A program made the position numbers and the translations under genes. The notes under the pieces are model-generated. The model was not told the DNA's origin. It saw nothing but the letters and a program-made list of their open reading frames with translations, and did not search any database. DNA of 64,000 bases from Lobosporangium transversale (taxonomy: Eukaryota), in assembly GCF_002105155.1 (NCBI RefSeq), contig NW_019029022.1, forward strand, positions 186,001-250,000, read 5' to 3'. The first letter of the stretch is position 1. Every line of letters begins with the position of its first letter. Of this stretch, positions 45,303 through 57,853 are shown in pieces.

Positions 45303-45310
45303 TATTTATA
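45303..45310 (-). promoter_or_regulatory. Candidate TATA box (TATAAATA) of the ML-domain gene
   Basis: TATAAATA on the minus strand ~120 nt upstream of the ATG, followed by a pyrimidine-rich leader. Confidence 0.45.
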
Positions 45311-47299
45311 CATTTTAGAAGAACTTGAAGAGAGTTGCAGAATTGTCGGATTCATGTTTCCTTACTACGGATCTATGCAGCTGTTACTTTACCTAACGGT
45401 TGTTTTGCTTCCTGGCATGAGGAACACGTCCTGGGTAGCGCCGTCGCTCCTCTCTCTTTTTGTTTTGGTTTGTTTTATTTTGGTTTGTTTGTGTACTGTA
45501 TCTGTACTCACCATATGATGTGGATGGGATATTCCTTGATGTGTTTGTCTCTAGCATGTGGGGCGTCGTAAAGCGGGCGATGTTGAGGGTGTACAACAGT
45601 GCAGACATTTCGTAATAAAAAGTGGACGAGTGAGCAGATGACAAAGTAAAACACGGATATGTGGAAGGGTAAGGGCTCTTCAATGTTTTTTGTTTGTTTG
45701 TTTTGTGGAGCAAAATAAAACAGGGTAGTTGAGTGAGGCAGGGCAAGAGGAGGGGGTAAGGGCTCAAGAATCTACGCTAAGTTGCCAAGTAGCTTTTTCA
45801 GTGTATACAGCCATTACTCCTTACCGTTTCTAATCTCTGAAGACGCGTTTTTTTTTTTTTTTTTGTTTTCCCGGTCAGTCATCAACATTCATTTTAAAGT
45901 GGCAACTACCAAACCTTCTTCATCAATGTCATCAGAATAATCAAAAAGGTGTATGAGGCGCTTGGGGTGCCTCATATACTTATCACAAGTAGGATGGGAC
46001 TTTGTTCTTCTGCTTACAGTTGAAGGGATTCCTTTGTGGGTACCCGAGCAAAAATATCTCTTAACTCAACAGTAAGCCATGGAAACGCGATTTCCCTCAA
46101 GTTTTTGATTGGACGATAACAAAAAAAAAAAATCGCGCTGTGACGAGAAGCGCCTCCTATAATGAATCAGCCCATCTGTCTTTGTGACAGAAAAAGGAAA
46201 AAGGACACCTTCCTTTTTTCTTGTATTCAGGGCAAAAGGTTGAAATACATTAGCTGTATCACGATATAAACATCCACATGTTTGTCCACTTTAACAAAGA
46301 AGAAGGTCTAGACAAGGCCATTATTTTTGTCTCGATGCCATGGAATTTACAATGGCCATCTACCAACAGATGCGAGGCGTATACGGCTGTAACAGTAAAA
46401 AGCTTTAGTGACAAGGGTTGTGAATGGTGATTACGTTTTTTTTTTTTTTTTTTTTTATCAAAAGGATTTCATGGGATAAAAATGGCATGATGTTATGTGG
46501 AGAACACAAAAAAACTCCTCCACACTCTTTGTTTTCATTGGTGTCCTATGTGTGGAGGGCAATTTATTAAGGTTGAGACTACATCTTTGTACAAATGTTC
46601 AGTTTGAGAGGAATTCAAAGACATATTATACATGTAAATACATATGCGTTTCTAATATGATAAACAGAATCACAAGAGAGCCAAGGAGTAAAGACATGAA
46701 GGACAAGAAGAAAACTTGTGTCCACGTACACTCTTTCATCCGTATTCATGTACGTGTACACATTGGTGATTTTTTAAAGTTCAAGTGAATAAGCAGATTG
46801 TTTGTGCACAAACTTTTATTCAGAACCACTGCAACATGTCACAAATATTCATAAGCATAAAAACCTGTAAAGCAACAGTAGTCTATAACAAGTCAACAAA
46901 TCAATAAATTAACAAACAACCGTGTTAGCGGTGGATGTCCTTTCTTCCTATTGAATAAAATACCTCGCGTTATGGTTGTAAGCCGCTTTGTACGCATGTT
47001 TTTTTTTTTTTTTTTTATATTTTTTTTAAAAAAAATAAAAAAATAAAAATAAAAAAAAAAGATAACTAGGGTCTTACGAGATCGTGGGGGCTCATTAGCA
47101 CTGAGGCCAAAAAACGGGCCGCCTTTTTGTTATTAGCGCAACTAAAGCGATTCCTAATAGTTGACCTTGACTGTGTCGTTGTACCGTCACTTTATGACAT
47201 TCTTTTTCATAAATCATACCCACACGGAAACCTTTGATCCTTAGTCATTGAGGAACGACATCCTCAAACTTTTCCATTCCCATTAATTATAATAGCCCC

Positions 47300-48320
47300 C
47301 GATAGCTCCTATCATCCCTTAGCCAGCTTTCGTCCCAACCATTTCATCAGCCGCGCAACGTTGTTCCAGTGAGAGCTATAAGAAACTATCGCGTCTATGT
47401 CTGTGTTACTCAACGCAGTTGCGCTTAGCGCATTTGCTCATAAAGGCAATGTCTCTCGTTCTTTTCTCGTCAACAGTGATTTTGCAGCGCCTGTTTCAGG
47501 TCTCAGTCCTTTTGGTCTCTTCGATAATCTTGGCAGACCCGTAAATTACATTCTTGAAATGGATATCATTGTCTTGAATCAACTCTTCCAAGGCCTGACC
47601 ATATCTTTTGGCACGAGTTCATGATATAATTTTTGAACCGTCTGGATGTCTCTCTCATCAGCACCACGTTCATCCCCTTTATCATTGTAACACCACCTCG
47701 TCCGTATGGGTTATAGCGGTACCTCTGTACACGGTCTCCAAAGATATATATTTAGGACCTTTGCCAATATATTTTGTCTGGTGCCTGCACCCGGGGTCTC
47801 CCGCCCTCCCACAGTTTTCTTGAGTTCTCTATCCATCGCGGCTGATGGCCCCAATAATGCTTACTCGTCCATCCAACTGCTTGTCCTAAGCGGTAGGGTA
47901 TTTTTAAAGCTACCCTGTATCCTCTCCCAGCTCACACATGCTACAGGAATCTGAAAGTCCTGAATTATGTTACTACTGCTACATTATCGACGTGGGTTAA
48001 GTGGTACATTTCTTGGACTGACAAGTATTGGTGCGAGGAGATTTGTTAGTCTTATCTGACGAATGAAGCATAACCACCAACTCTACCAGATTTGTTGTCA
48101 TTTGTTTATCTGCGCTCTCCTGTGCAGCAACTATTTTTTTCTTTTACGATTAAAATCCATACCTACAAGATCCAATGTTAATAGACTGATGTTATATTGT
48201 CCTACGCAGGCCACCAGACCTGTAATGGGGGCTTTTCTTGGAGATAGACTCCTAGTCAAGTTGGAAGCACGCCCAAACCGGATGAACTGCACCTATGGCC
48301 CAGATAGTTGACTTATTTCG
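47300..48320 (-). mobile_element. Highly decayed coding relic, possibly the 3' part of a non-LTR retroelement
   Basis: Interrupted minus-strand frames (QTVQKLYHELVPKD, ELIQDNDIHFKNVIYGSAKIIEETKR). No diagnostic catalytic motif was seen. Confidence 0.3.
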
Positions 48321-48916
48321 GCGTGGGATAGTAGTTAGGTAGAGAAGTAAAAAATACTTGAATAAACGAAGATCTTAAGGAAAAGCGTAGTATGTGCTCA
48401 ATCCTTGGGTGGGTTTTCCCGAGCTCCATTAATCTTGATTAGAATTCTTAGTCCTTGAGTTGAGCCGCAGCTCTTTTCTATTCAAGTATCGATCATTTTG
48501 TCCTTGAGCGAACCCAAGGAAAAGAGAAAATTCTTACTGTCTACAGTCGTCTTTTTATACGAAAATTTGTAAAAGAGATAAAAAATGATGCGTAGCACTT
48601 TGGAGTTCATGCCTTTAATATATTTACATTTCTTTCTTTCTTTTTTCTTTTTCCTCTTGCCCGGTTAACTCTTACTCATTCTTCATCTGCCTCTGTCAAG
48701 ATATTTCTCTTCGCTGCTCTGCTAGGGCAGGGTTTTGGCGACCTTGCATGATAGTGCGTCGCTCTTCATTTTGACATCGGGCATATAGAGTGACCACAGC
48801 ACGTATACAAGCAGGTTATTCTTGGTACTTAAGTCAAGCCATGTCCGGATTTTCTCGAGATGTTCCACATCACACCAAAACTCGGACCTGTGATTCGTAG
48901 AGGAGCAATAAAGAAC

Positions 48917-48958
<42 letters not shown>

Positions 48959-50457
48959 CCAATTGGTCTCTCTTAACGAACAGCGTTATCCCTTCGTCCG
49001 TAACAAGGGCAAATTTGCCATTATAAATGGGCTTAAAATCCAGCAATCCATGGGCATTGTCTCGAAAATTTATTTCGATGTCGAAATAAATGACCGAAAA
49101 CTAAATTGTCATGGAGCTATCCTGGCTTCTTTATTTGTGCAAATAAAAAACTCATGAAGACTTTCGCATGACCCTAGCATCCGCTTGGGAGTCCATTGTA
49201 TCGTTTATTTATTGACTAGTGTAATAGCAGTGATAATATTCGCCGCCGTAGTCTCGACTTGAAAGGAGGGCAATCTGAATTGATTCATACCCAAGGTGAT
49301 ACAAATATCTCTGTTGGAGTGAGTGGTGAACTGTGTGTGGTTCAGATGTAGTGGACATAAACGGCGAAAGAATGCATCGAAAGGATGTGAGCGGTTATGA
49401 GAGCAAGGAAGAAGGGTTGGTATGCCTGTTCAAGTCCTTGGCAAGAGAGCATGAGTAGCAGTTGTGATCAATGGTATAGTTTCTAGCCTATCTTCCACGT
49501 ACAACATTGCATTATTGTTGTTTTCAGACCTGGCACCAATCATGCGAGGTATTTCTTTTTCTGAGGGTTCCTTGTGTGTTAAACAGGCAGACAGAAAGCT
49601 TAGAAGAGATACAGACACAACGGTGAAAAAAATGTATGTGAGCAAACAGTTGCTGTGTTTATTTGTTGTCTGCACATGCCTTCTTTCATCGCGGGCTTTT
49701 TTTTTATTGTTTCGCATATCTTGTTTCCTTTTTTGTTCGTCAATCACTGTGTGCACGAATAAGCAGCTGAAGCATCTCTTTGGTTTCTGTACATGTATAA
49801 ACACATTTTACATCGCGGCGTCTTTTTTTGTTCAAAACACAAACGTTTTCCATTGGTGCCTCCAAACAAACTTTATTTTGGTAGCCACTCCACAATGGTT
49901 ATAACAATCCCTAGGAAAGGATCAAACGCGTTGGTATCAATCTCGCTTCTGTATTTCTAGATGCATATGTTTTGGCGATTGGTATCAACTATCAAATTCA
50001 CACATACACACACCAAACGACCGCCAAAAACCACAAGGCGCTGCGCAATATCACCATTAACAAGGCACCGTCCAGTAAGAAAGGGTGCTTAGATAGCTTT
50101 TACTCCAAGCAATAAGCGCATGCAACTACATCACTCCTATCTCCGCCATTGATGCCGGAACCTGAGAGCCAACGAATATCTCTGCTTTAACGCAATAGTA
50201 CTGGGGCTGTTGGATCAAAGAGCATCATATGAAGCCATCCTCTGATAAAAAAGCCTTTTTTTTCTTTAGTTGTTACCTTTGACAAGGATATAATCACCGA
50301 GTCATATCTGTCAATGCATTTATTACCCCTGTTCAAAATTATTAATCTTCTTTTATTCATTAAATTCCTCACAAAGCACAAAGCAAGGGCCGTCCCCAAT
50401 ACTAATCGTTAGTCCCTTTCTTGGATAATGTAAAGGCGCACCATCATTCTATATAGC

Positions 50458-52761
50458 GGAAGGGTCACATAGGAACCAGTTCCGGTCCATCTTTTCTGAC
50501 AAGGCGAGCATATTGGATGGGTGCACAGTTGGTATCAGTAACTGCCGTCAGCACGATAGGCCGGCATCCACCACGTCGGAAAAAGGCAAAAAAGAAGCAA
50601 CAGAAAAAACAAAAGCGGAAGCACAAAGGCAAGAAGCCCCACAGGGCTAAAAAAGAAGGTGCACCAGTTAGGAACTTGAAGAATGCTACGAAGGTTGAAC
50701 ACAGCTACAGCAGTAAGCACCCTATCAAGGCCTTAACAATTGGGTCCCTTAAGGCCTCCATGGCAAGGAAAGGCGGACTGGACGCAGATGAAAGGGATAA
50801 TATTGCAAGCCAGATCCGAGGGGCAGTTGTTGTCCTCAACCGACTACGCCGACATGCATACTGGGCGATTGCCTTGGACATTGAAAGGATCATGCGGTTA
50901 CCAGGGGCAGCAAGGTCGAGGAAAAAGGCACTGGACGAGGTCTTGGATAGCAATGATTATTCCTTCCGACTCGCCACCCTTCTTTTAAGCGGTCAAGGTG
51001 GGCCCCAATTCAGCTTACGCGAGGGCAAAAAAACAAGGGTAGAAGCGCCCCATTACCTCCTCGCTTATGAACATTTCAAGGCCACCACTGAACTTTCCCC
51101 AATAAAGGAAATAGACATCACATTGGGGACGTGCAAGGCTTTGATCCCAAAAAGATCTCATTTCCAAGAGCGTCAGAGCTACTAATGGGCCAAGTACAGA
51201 CATCATTAAAGCAGCACTACAGGAACCCAATGGTATAGCTTGTGTAGGGTATTTTCATGTATATTCTGCAATTAAATTCTCTTTATTCAGACTCTTTTTT
51301 TTTTTTTTCTAGTTTGATGTCGAGAAAACAAACGAAGATATGAGCGACATTGAGTTTTTTTTGCGGGAGAACAAAAAAGTGAAAAAATACTCAGACTTTC
51401 CTACGTCCTCCTGGTCACCCGGGTATGTGTATCTGTCTGAACACGCCCTAGTTGACATCCTCTGGGCGAACGAAGATACCAAGCAGCTACTGGAGCGTAT
51501 TCTGCCTCTCGACAATCCTTCCAAGACTGCAATGTTTGAGTGTGTACAGGGAACAAAAGGGGTTTTGATTCAGGCTCTCTTTTGTGACATTGGAGGCGAT
51601 CACATGGTTCTTGGATATCGAGACAAAGTATCCCTGCAGTCACAGGACAAAGAGCTAACTCGGTTCAAACTCAAAGGGACGATTTCTACCAACGGTCTAG
51701 TTCTGAATCTACTTGCCTATGACACAACCCAGACGAAGAGACAGCAGCAGTCTGACGTAGATGAAGAAGACCCCAGCCAAGAACTGGAGCTTTCTCAGGG
51801 ATTTCTCAACACGACGTGTTCAAAGGCAGCCGGTGAAGACCTGACAGATGAAGACTATGCAAACATAAACTGGAAGAGCTCACATTCAACAAACCAGGGC
51901 GGTACCATCCGCAAACAGCACAACTATCGTCGGATGCGATCCTGGTATTGTTAACGCCCTTACGTTTTCCTCCCTGGATCCTCACAACTCTAACTTGCGG
52001 CAAACAGTAAAGGTGAGAAGCAGGTTCTTGTACCTCCCCGTCCTCCGCTTCAATCACCTGTTGAACAAAAGGAAGCGTGAAAAAGGAATGATTGAGGTTG
52101 AGAGCGCCATCCCTGTGTTTGGAAGGGATACGTACTATGAGTACTTTCAATGGATGAACGAGGAGTCCCAGACACAGATAGGATCAAAGAATTTGGATGT
52201 GCTTCAAGAGTTCTACGAGCCCAGGTGGTACCTGAAAAAAAATGGGACCTACGAAAGGCTCAACGAGCTACGTTCGACTACGCGGTACAGCGAGTGTTGA
52301 AGATGCTCGGGGAAAAAGGAGTGCTTGTCGTCGGCCTAGGGTCCTTTGAAAGTAGTAAAGGAGTTCCCAGCAAGCACACTGCTATAACGAGACACCTTGT
52401 CACACAGGTATGGCTTTTTTTAAAAAAAGTAAGAAAAGCTGGAAAGCCATAGAACCCTTGCTAATAAACGACTGCCATTTGAAACGCTTAGGTCAGAGCA
52501 CGAGGACACTTCGCTGTAGGGGCGTCCGAATTTTACACCAGCGCCCGCTGTCCCCAACCCCTCTGCGATAGCTTTTTAGAGACTGTGTACCCTCGCTCTA
52601 AATATTGCCGGACATGTAAGGTATTCTTCGACCGTGACGCAGTAGGGGCGGAAAACATCGCAAGAATCGGTCTTGCTCAAATTGAAAGGCAAGAGAGGCC
52701 TGCAAAGTACAAGCCCACGGAAGAGTCGCCTGCTCCGGCTGCAAAGCGCGCACGACGCTAG
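50458..52761 (+). mobile_element. Fanzor (eukaryotic TnpB-like RNA-guided nuclease) gene, intron-containing, frameshifted
   Basis: RuvC-I TTIVGCDPG (D at 51938); GVLVVGLGSF; RuvC-II SEFYTS (E at 52528); Zn finger CPQPLC...CRTC; RuvC-III FDRDAVGAENI (D at 52636); C-terminal PAAKRARR*. Introns at 51233-51312 and 52408-52491. Confidence 0.85.
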
Positions 52762-53268
52762 ACACAAGTATTTGGGTGCCGGCACACCCACAAAAAATTT
52801 GTAAGTTCTGTTTATTTTCGTCTCCTGTATCCATCCTCTCTAATCTTTTGCCCCTGAATTTCTGGACTAACTTTAAAAACCGTACAGTTGTATCTACTAA
52901 TCAGCGCAAAGCCTTATAAGCTATAGGCGAGTTCACCTCACCTAGAAAGCACCACAGTCAGGCCTGTAGACTAGGTTATAAAGGCCAAGGAAACATCCTT
53001 CACAATAAAGTCTTCAGTTTTCCCCATATGTCTTGTTCTTGACCTGCAGTTCATCTTGCCATTTATCTTTCCCCCTTTTCCCAACAAGCATTTGTCTTCC
53101 GGTAACTCAGTTTGTGAGCTCATCTATAAAGCCCCCATCTTCTCTTCTGGCATCCTATGGTGCTGTTCGTCGTCAAGGTTATTTGCCTCTATTTTCTCTT
53201 GTTATTCTTGTTGACACACTTTGTTCTGTCCTCTATCTTTACCCCTTAAGCAAAGATACACCTACTAT

Positions 53269-53523
53269 TGTTGCAAAATTTAGGGGCAGATGTGGTAGGA
53301 GATTTAGGTGGATTATGAAGCCAGTCACTTCCAGCTGCAGATAGATAAATAATTCTAACACAATAAAAGAACACACACACTACTCAAAGACTGGACGAGA
53401 ACAGTCAGTACTCAAATGGCTCTTGTGTAAAAATAAGGAACAAGGAGCCAGATTTTCCTGAGCTGTTGCTCGTTAAATAGTTGGTGGCGAACCCTCTACA
53501 CGTGACTAAAACTAAAACCAACA
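53269..53523. mobile_element. 255-bp solo LTR of a different family nested in the 5' LTR
   Basis: TGTTG...CAACA termini flanked by a 4-bp direct repeat CTAT (53265-68 and 53524-27). The 3' LTR has the uninterrupted CACCTACTATTTACAACA. Confidence 0.85.
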
Positions 53524-53534
53524 CTATTTACAAC

Positions 53535-56500
53535 ATGGTGGAGACCCCTGGGCAACAGTCCGTTTGGCTACTGCTGCCATTCTTTGTGCGTCCCGTAGAA
53601 GCTTTTTGGTCCTTTGCCGAACAATCTACCGTTTTATCGACCCATTTGGCCAATCCTGTGAAGGAACAAACGCAGTGGAGAATCTTTTCCAAGGTCCTAT
53701 CATTCGTTCTTTCGCCCTCTTTGCCCTCTTGGCAAGAGAGCGCACTGCTTTTTCCTTTCATTTTTTCCTTCATCTTTTTCTTCTGGCTTTCCTTATTTCT
53801 TTGTATCCGATTGTCGCTGCAGCATACGACAATCCTAAACAACCACCAAACTCAAATCCCTTCTCCCGTTTCCCCTCTTACTTCGCCTGAACCAAAACCA
53901 GAGGATATTATCTGGCCACAGTTCGCAGTAGAGGACAAGATTCCGTTTGATGATTTCCTTGCGCGGTTCGAGCGTATATTCGAAGTAGCCAAGTTTAACG
54001 AATCCCAAAAGTTCGTCTGCTTCAATCGATGCCTTACTCGCGTTAGTCCTACAATTATCCAGCTGTCGAAAGCCTTGGACGAGAGAGATTATGAGACTGC
54101 CGTTAAGCGTCTTCGCCCTTACCTCGCGATTACCCAAGAGCAACGTCAAGCCCAAATCCTCGCGCAGTATGCAACCATTCAGCAAACACGCACTCAATCC
54201 TTAAAAGAATATTATGAGAGCTTTGAAAAACTGAATGCGACGCATGCCCTAGAACGTGAAGAATCTCTCGATCTCTTTTTCAAGCACTTGCAGTCACCCC
54301 TTCGGTCCCATGCTGCTATAATATATATGCTCGCGCAAGAAAAGAATGGGACTGTCCCTGTCTTTTACAAGCGGTTGACCACTTTCCTGGAGTGTTCCCC
54401 TCTTCCGACGAAACCCTCGGAGATTGTCCCAGCGCAAAGTGCACGCCCTACACAACCTCTCTGCTCCCACTGCTCAGGTCGCCATGCATCTGATCGATGC
54501 TATCAAAAATTTCCTGAGCTTCGTCCCCAAAGACAACAGCAACAGAGGCCAGCTCCTGTGGCAGTTGTTCAGCCAGCTACATCTCAGACCGAAACTCCTC
54601 CTAGGGTTTCCGTAATCGCTCCTGTCTCGGCCCTGTCTACGCCGCTATTTCCCTATGTTTCGCTTTCGTTTAACGATACGCCTGTAAAAGCGCTCATAGA
54701 CACAGGTGCATTTATCTCTTGCATATCATCGCACGTCCTTGCAACAACCAAGGTTCCAACACACTGCATCAAAAATGATTGCACTCCAGTTGTCGCTTGT
54801 GATGGACGTATCACTCAAACCAAAGGCTCTGTTATGGTTTTCGTCAACAATACTCTCGTGCGGTTCTCTGTTCTCGATGGGCTAAATACTGAGTTCCTCA
54901 TTGGTTGGGATTTGATCACAAAATTCAAATCGATCCTTACCACAGAAGGACTTTCCTTCGAGACCCAACCTCCTTGCGAAAATCCATTAGATGCCCCCAT
55001 CCTGTCACTTCCTCCTGCAATTAACTCTAAGGTTAATCTCTCCTTCGATGGGCAAACCAACAATGCAGTCAATACTCTACAGCCTGTCATGACTGTCTGT
55101 CATTATACCTTAGAGCATCGTATCAATCAGTTGCTTCGAGAAAACCATGATATCTTTGCTCCTAAACCACAAGCTCCGCCCATTTCTAACACCGTGACGT
55201 TCACAATTGACACTGGATCGTCGCCCCCAATCCAGATCCACACTCGTCGACCAAACCCGGTCCAACAAGCTATCATCGATGAACATATTGACGCCATGCT
55301 TGCAGACGGTATCATCGTCCCTTCATCCTCTCCATGGTGCTCCCCGGTCCGGATTGTTGATAAGCCTAATGGAGAAAAGCGATTTTGTATCGACTACCGA
55401 GCTGTCAATGCGGTGACGGTTCAAGATGCTTACCCGATTCCATACATGGACATGCTCTTGAATGCTCTAAGTGGTGCGACGACTTTCTCAAGTTTGGATT
55501 TAGCTGCAGCATACTGGCAGGTTCCTATTGATCCGGCTACTGCCAAGAAGCTCGCCTTTACAACTCATCGTGGTCTCTTTAAATGGACTAGAATGCCGTT
55601 CGGACCTTCTACTGCGCCTGCTACGCTCCAACGAGCCCTGAATTCCATCTTTAACCCACTCTTGTACAAGAAGGTCATCGTATACTTTGACGATATTATT
55701 GTCTACTCAGAAAATGTTGAACAGCATTTCCATGACCTCCAAGAAGTGCTAGCTATCCTTCGTGCGCATGGATTGTCCCTAAAACGATCTAAATGCCACC
55801 TTTTCCGATCATCGATCAAAGTCCTTGGTTTCATTGTTTCTGCTAATGGTGTAGAGGCCGACCCTGACAAGACTAGACCTATCGATAACTATCCAGTTCC
55901 CGCTTCCGCTAAAGACGTCCTGAGCTTTCTAGGGATGTGTGGAGTATATCGCTCGTTCATACCAAAATTTGCGATAATCGCTGCCCCACTCTACCAGCTC
56001 ACCAAGAAAAACGTCGTGTTTGAATGGTCAAGCGAAGCCCAAGAAGCTTTGAGACTCTGAAAGTTAAGCTGACTTCTGCCCCTGTTTTAGCTCATCCAGA
56101 TTTTTCTCGCCAATTCGAGATTCATAGTGACGCTGCTTGTAAGACGGGCGTTGGTGTCGTGCTATGCCAGCGAGATGATAATGGACATCGCCACCCTGTC
56201 GCCTATGCTTCCCGATCCTTGACCCATGCTGAGAAAAACTATTCTGTTGGAGAGCTTGAGGCTCTTGCCTTTGTCTGGGCTCTCAGAAAGAAATTTCATC
56301 ATTTTGTGAATGGATCCCACTTTCTTATTTTTACCGACCACAGCTCCCTCCAATTTCTCACAAAAGCGAAAGATCTGGACGGGCGCCTTGGCAGATGGGC
56401 ACTGATTCTCCAAAGGTATAATTATACCATTCATCACGTCCCGGGTATCCATCATCGCGTACCAGACGCCCTGTCTCGCCATCCTCTGCCATCAATTTCA

Positions 56501-57853
56501 GTACTTTTCCCAAGCCATGTCACTCCAATAGAAAACGAGGAACAACTCATTGCACAACAAGCCAATGACCCTTTTTGTGCTAGAATTATCGAGGAGTTGG
56601 AAGACCGGCCGGAGTATCGCCTTATTCGCGGCATTCTTTACCGCATTTACCTTGCCCCTCACAATCCTGAGCGTGCTCGCTTTCAGATCGTGGCGCCACT
56701 GATTTTTCATTCGTTCATTTTATACCAAGCTCATGATATCCCTTTAAGCGGACACCTTGGCCAGTCAAAAACTCTTCATCGCATTACCTCGCAATACTGG
56801 TGGCCTACAGTCAATAGGGATGTTAAGAGTTATATTCAAAGATGTAATGCCTGTCAAACTCTCAAGTCTGGACGCTCCTATTCGACGATCCAACACCCAA
56901 CGGTATCTAATGCGGCTTTCGTGAAACTTGCAGTCGATTACTATGGTCCTCTTCCAGAAACTTCTTCTGGCTTCAAGTACGTCGTTGTGATTCAAGATAT
57001 GTTCACGCGCTTTGTCCATCTGTTTCCTGCGAAAACAACGCAGGCGAGAGAATTGATTACCCTACTCGTCGACCAGCATTTCTCGCTTCATGGAGTTCCT
57101 GTCGAAGTCATGTCTGACAACGGCCCTCCCTTCACTGCAGACGACTATAAACATCTCGCCCAGCTTTTGAATATAACACCAAAGTTTGCTCCTGCTTACC
57201 ATCCTCAGTCTAATGGCATGGTCGAACGATTCATGGCTTCTCTTCGTACTCTCATAGCAGCCTATTTACAGCCAGATAGTCATTCTCGTTGGGATGAACA
57301 TTTGAGCAAGTTAGCGTTCGCATACAATACGGCGTTTAACCGACAAATCCAAGACACACCATTCTTCATGGTTTATGGTCGTGATCCCCGTCACCCACTG
57401 AATGCTATTGACTCTCTTGATTTGGAGCGTATGTTGATACAGAGCGCCAATCAACGTTCTCAGTACTTCCAGGCCCTATATCGCGCTCATAGCCTGGCTC
57501 TGACACTTCAAGATCGTGCTCCAGTAGAGGCTGATTCAGATGAGATCTGGCCTGTTGGTCTCGCCGTTTGGGTTTACACCCCACCTGTTTCTACTCGAGG
57601 TGCTAATCCCATGTTCGCTAAGTTCAAACGCCCCTGGACCGGCCCTTGTCGAATTACTCAAATTAGGAGTCATAATAGTCGTGATCTGACTACGGAAAAT
57701 GGTCAGCGATTATTAAACATTCATACCTCCAGACTCAAAAAATTCTATTCGAGTAACGGAACTACAATCGCACCGATCAATGCTCCCGAGGTCGAAACGG
57801 CCAACGTCCCTTTGCCTCCGTCTACTGAGGGGGATGTTGTGGCTGGTCATTAA
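53535..57853 (+). CDS. Gag-Pol polyprotein with a 1-nt frameshift at ~56050
   Basis: Zn knuckle CSHCSGRHASDRC, protease LIDTGA, RT RFCIDYR/MPFG/YFDD, RNase H SDAA/ELEALA/TDH, integrase HHCC plus D,D,E (VDY, SDNG, VERF) and GPY/F-like WTGPCRI. No chromodomain. The start is approximate. Confidence 0.9.

Noticed and set aside
48960..52890. Terminal inverted repeats or TSD delimiting the first Fanzor element
   Set aside because: I found no inverted match to the 52850-52890 end upstream by eye. The element boundaries remain undefined.
53481..53534. TGGTGGCGAACC as the PBS, and 53481 as the gag start
   Set aside because: It lies inside the nested 255-bp insert. The real LTR end and PBS are at 53535/53536.
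56024..56060. Programmed gag-pol ribosomal frameshift
   Set aside because: The break lies between RT and RNase H, not at the gag/pol boundary. A single missing T explains it.
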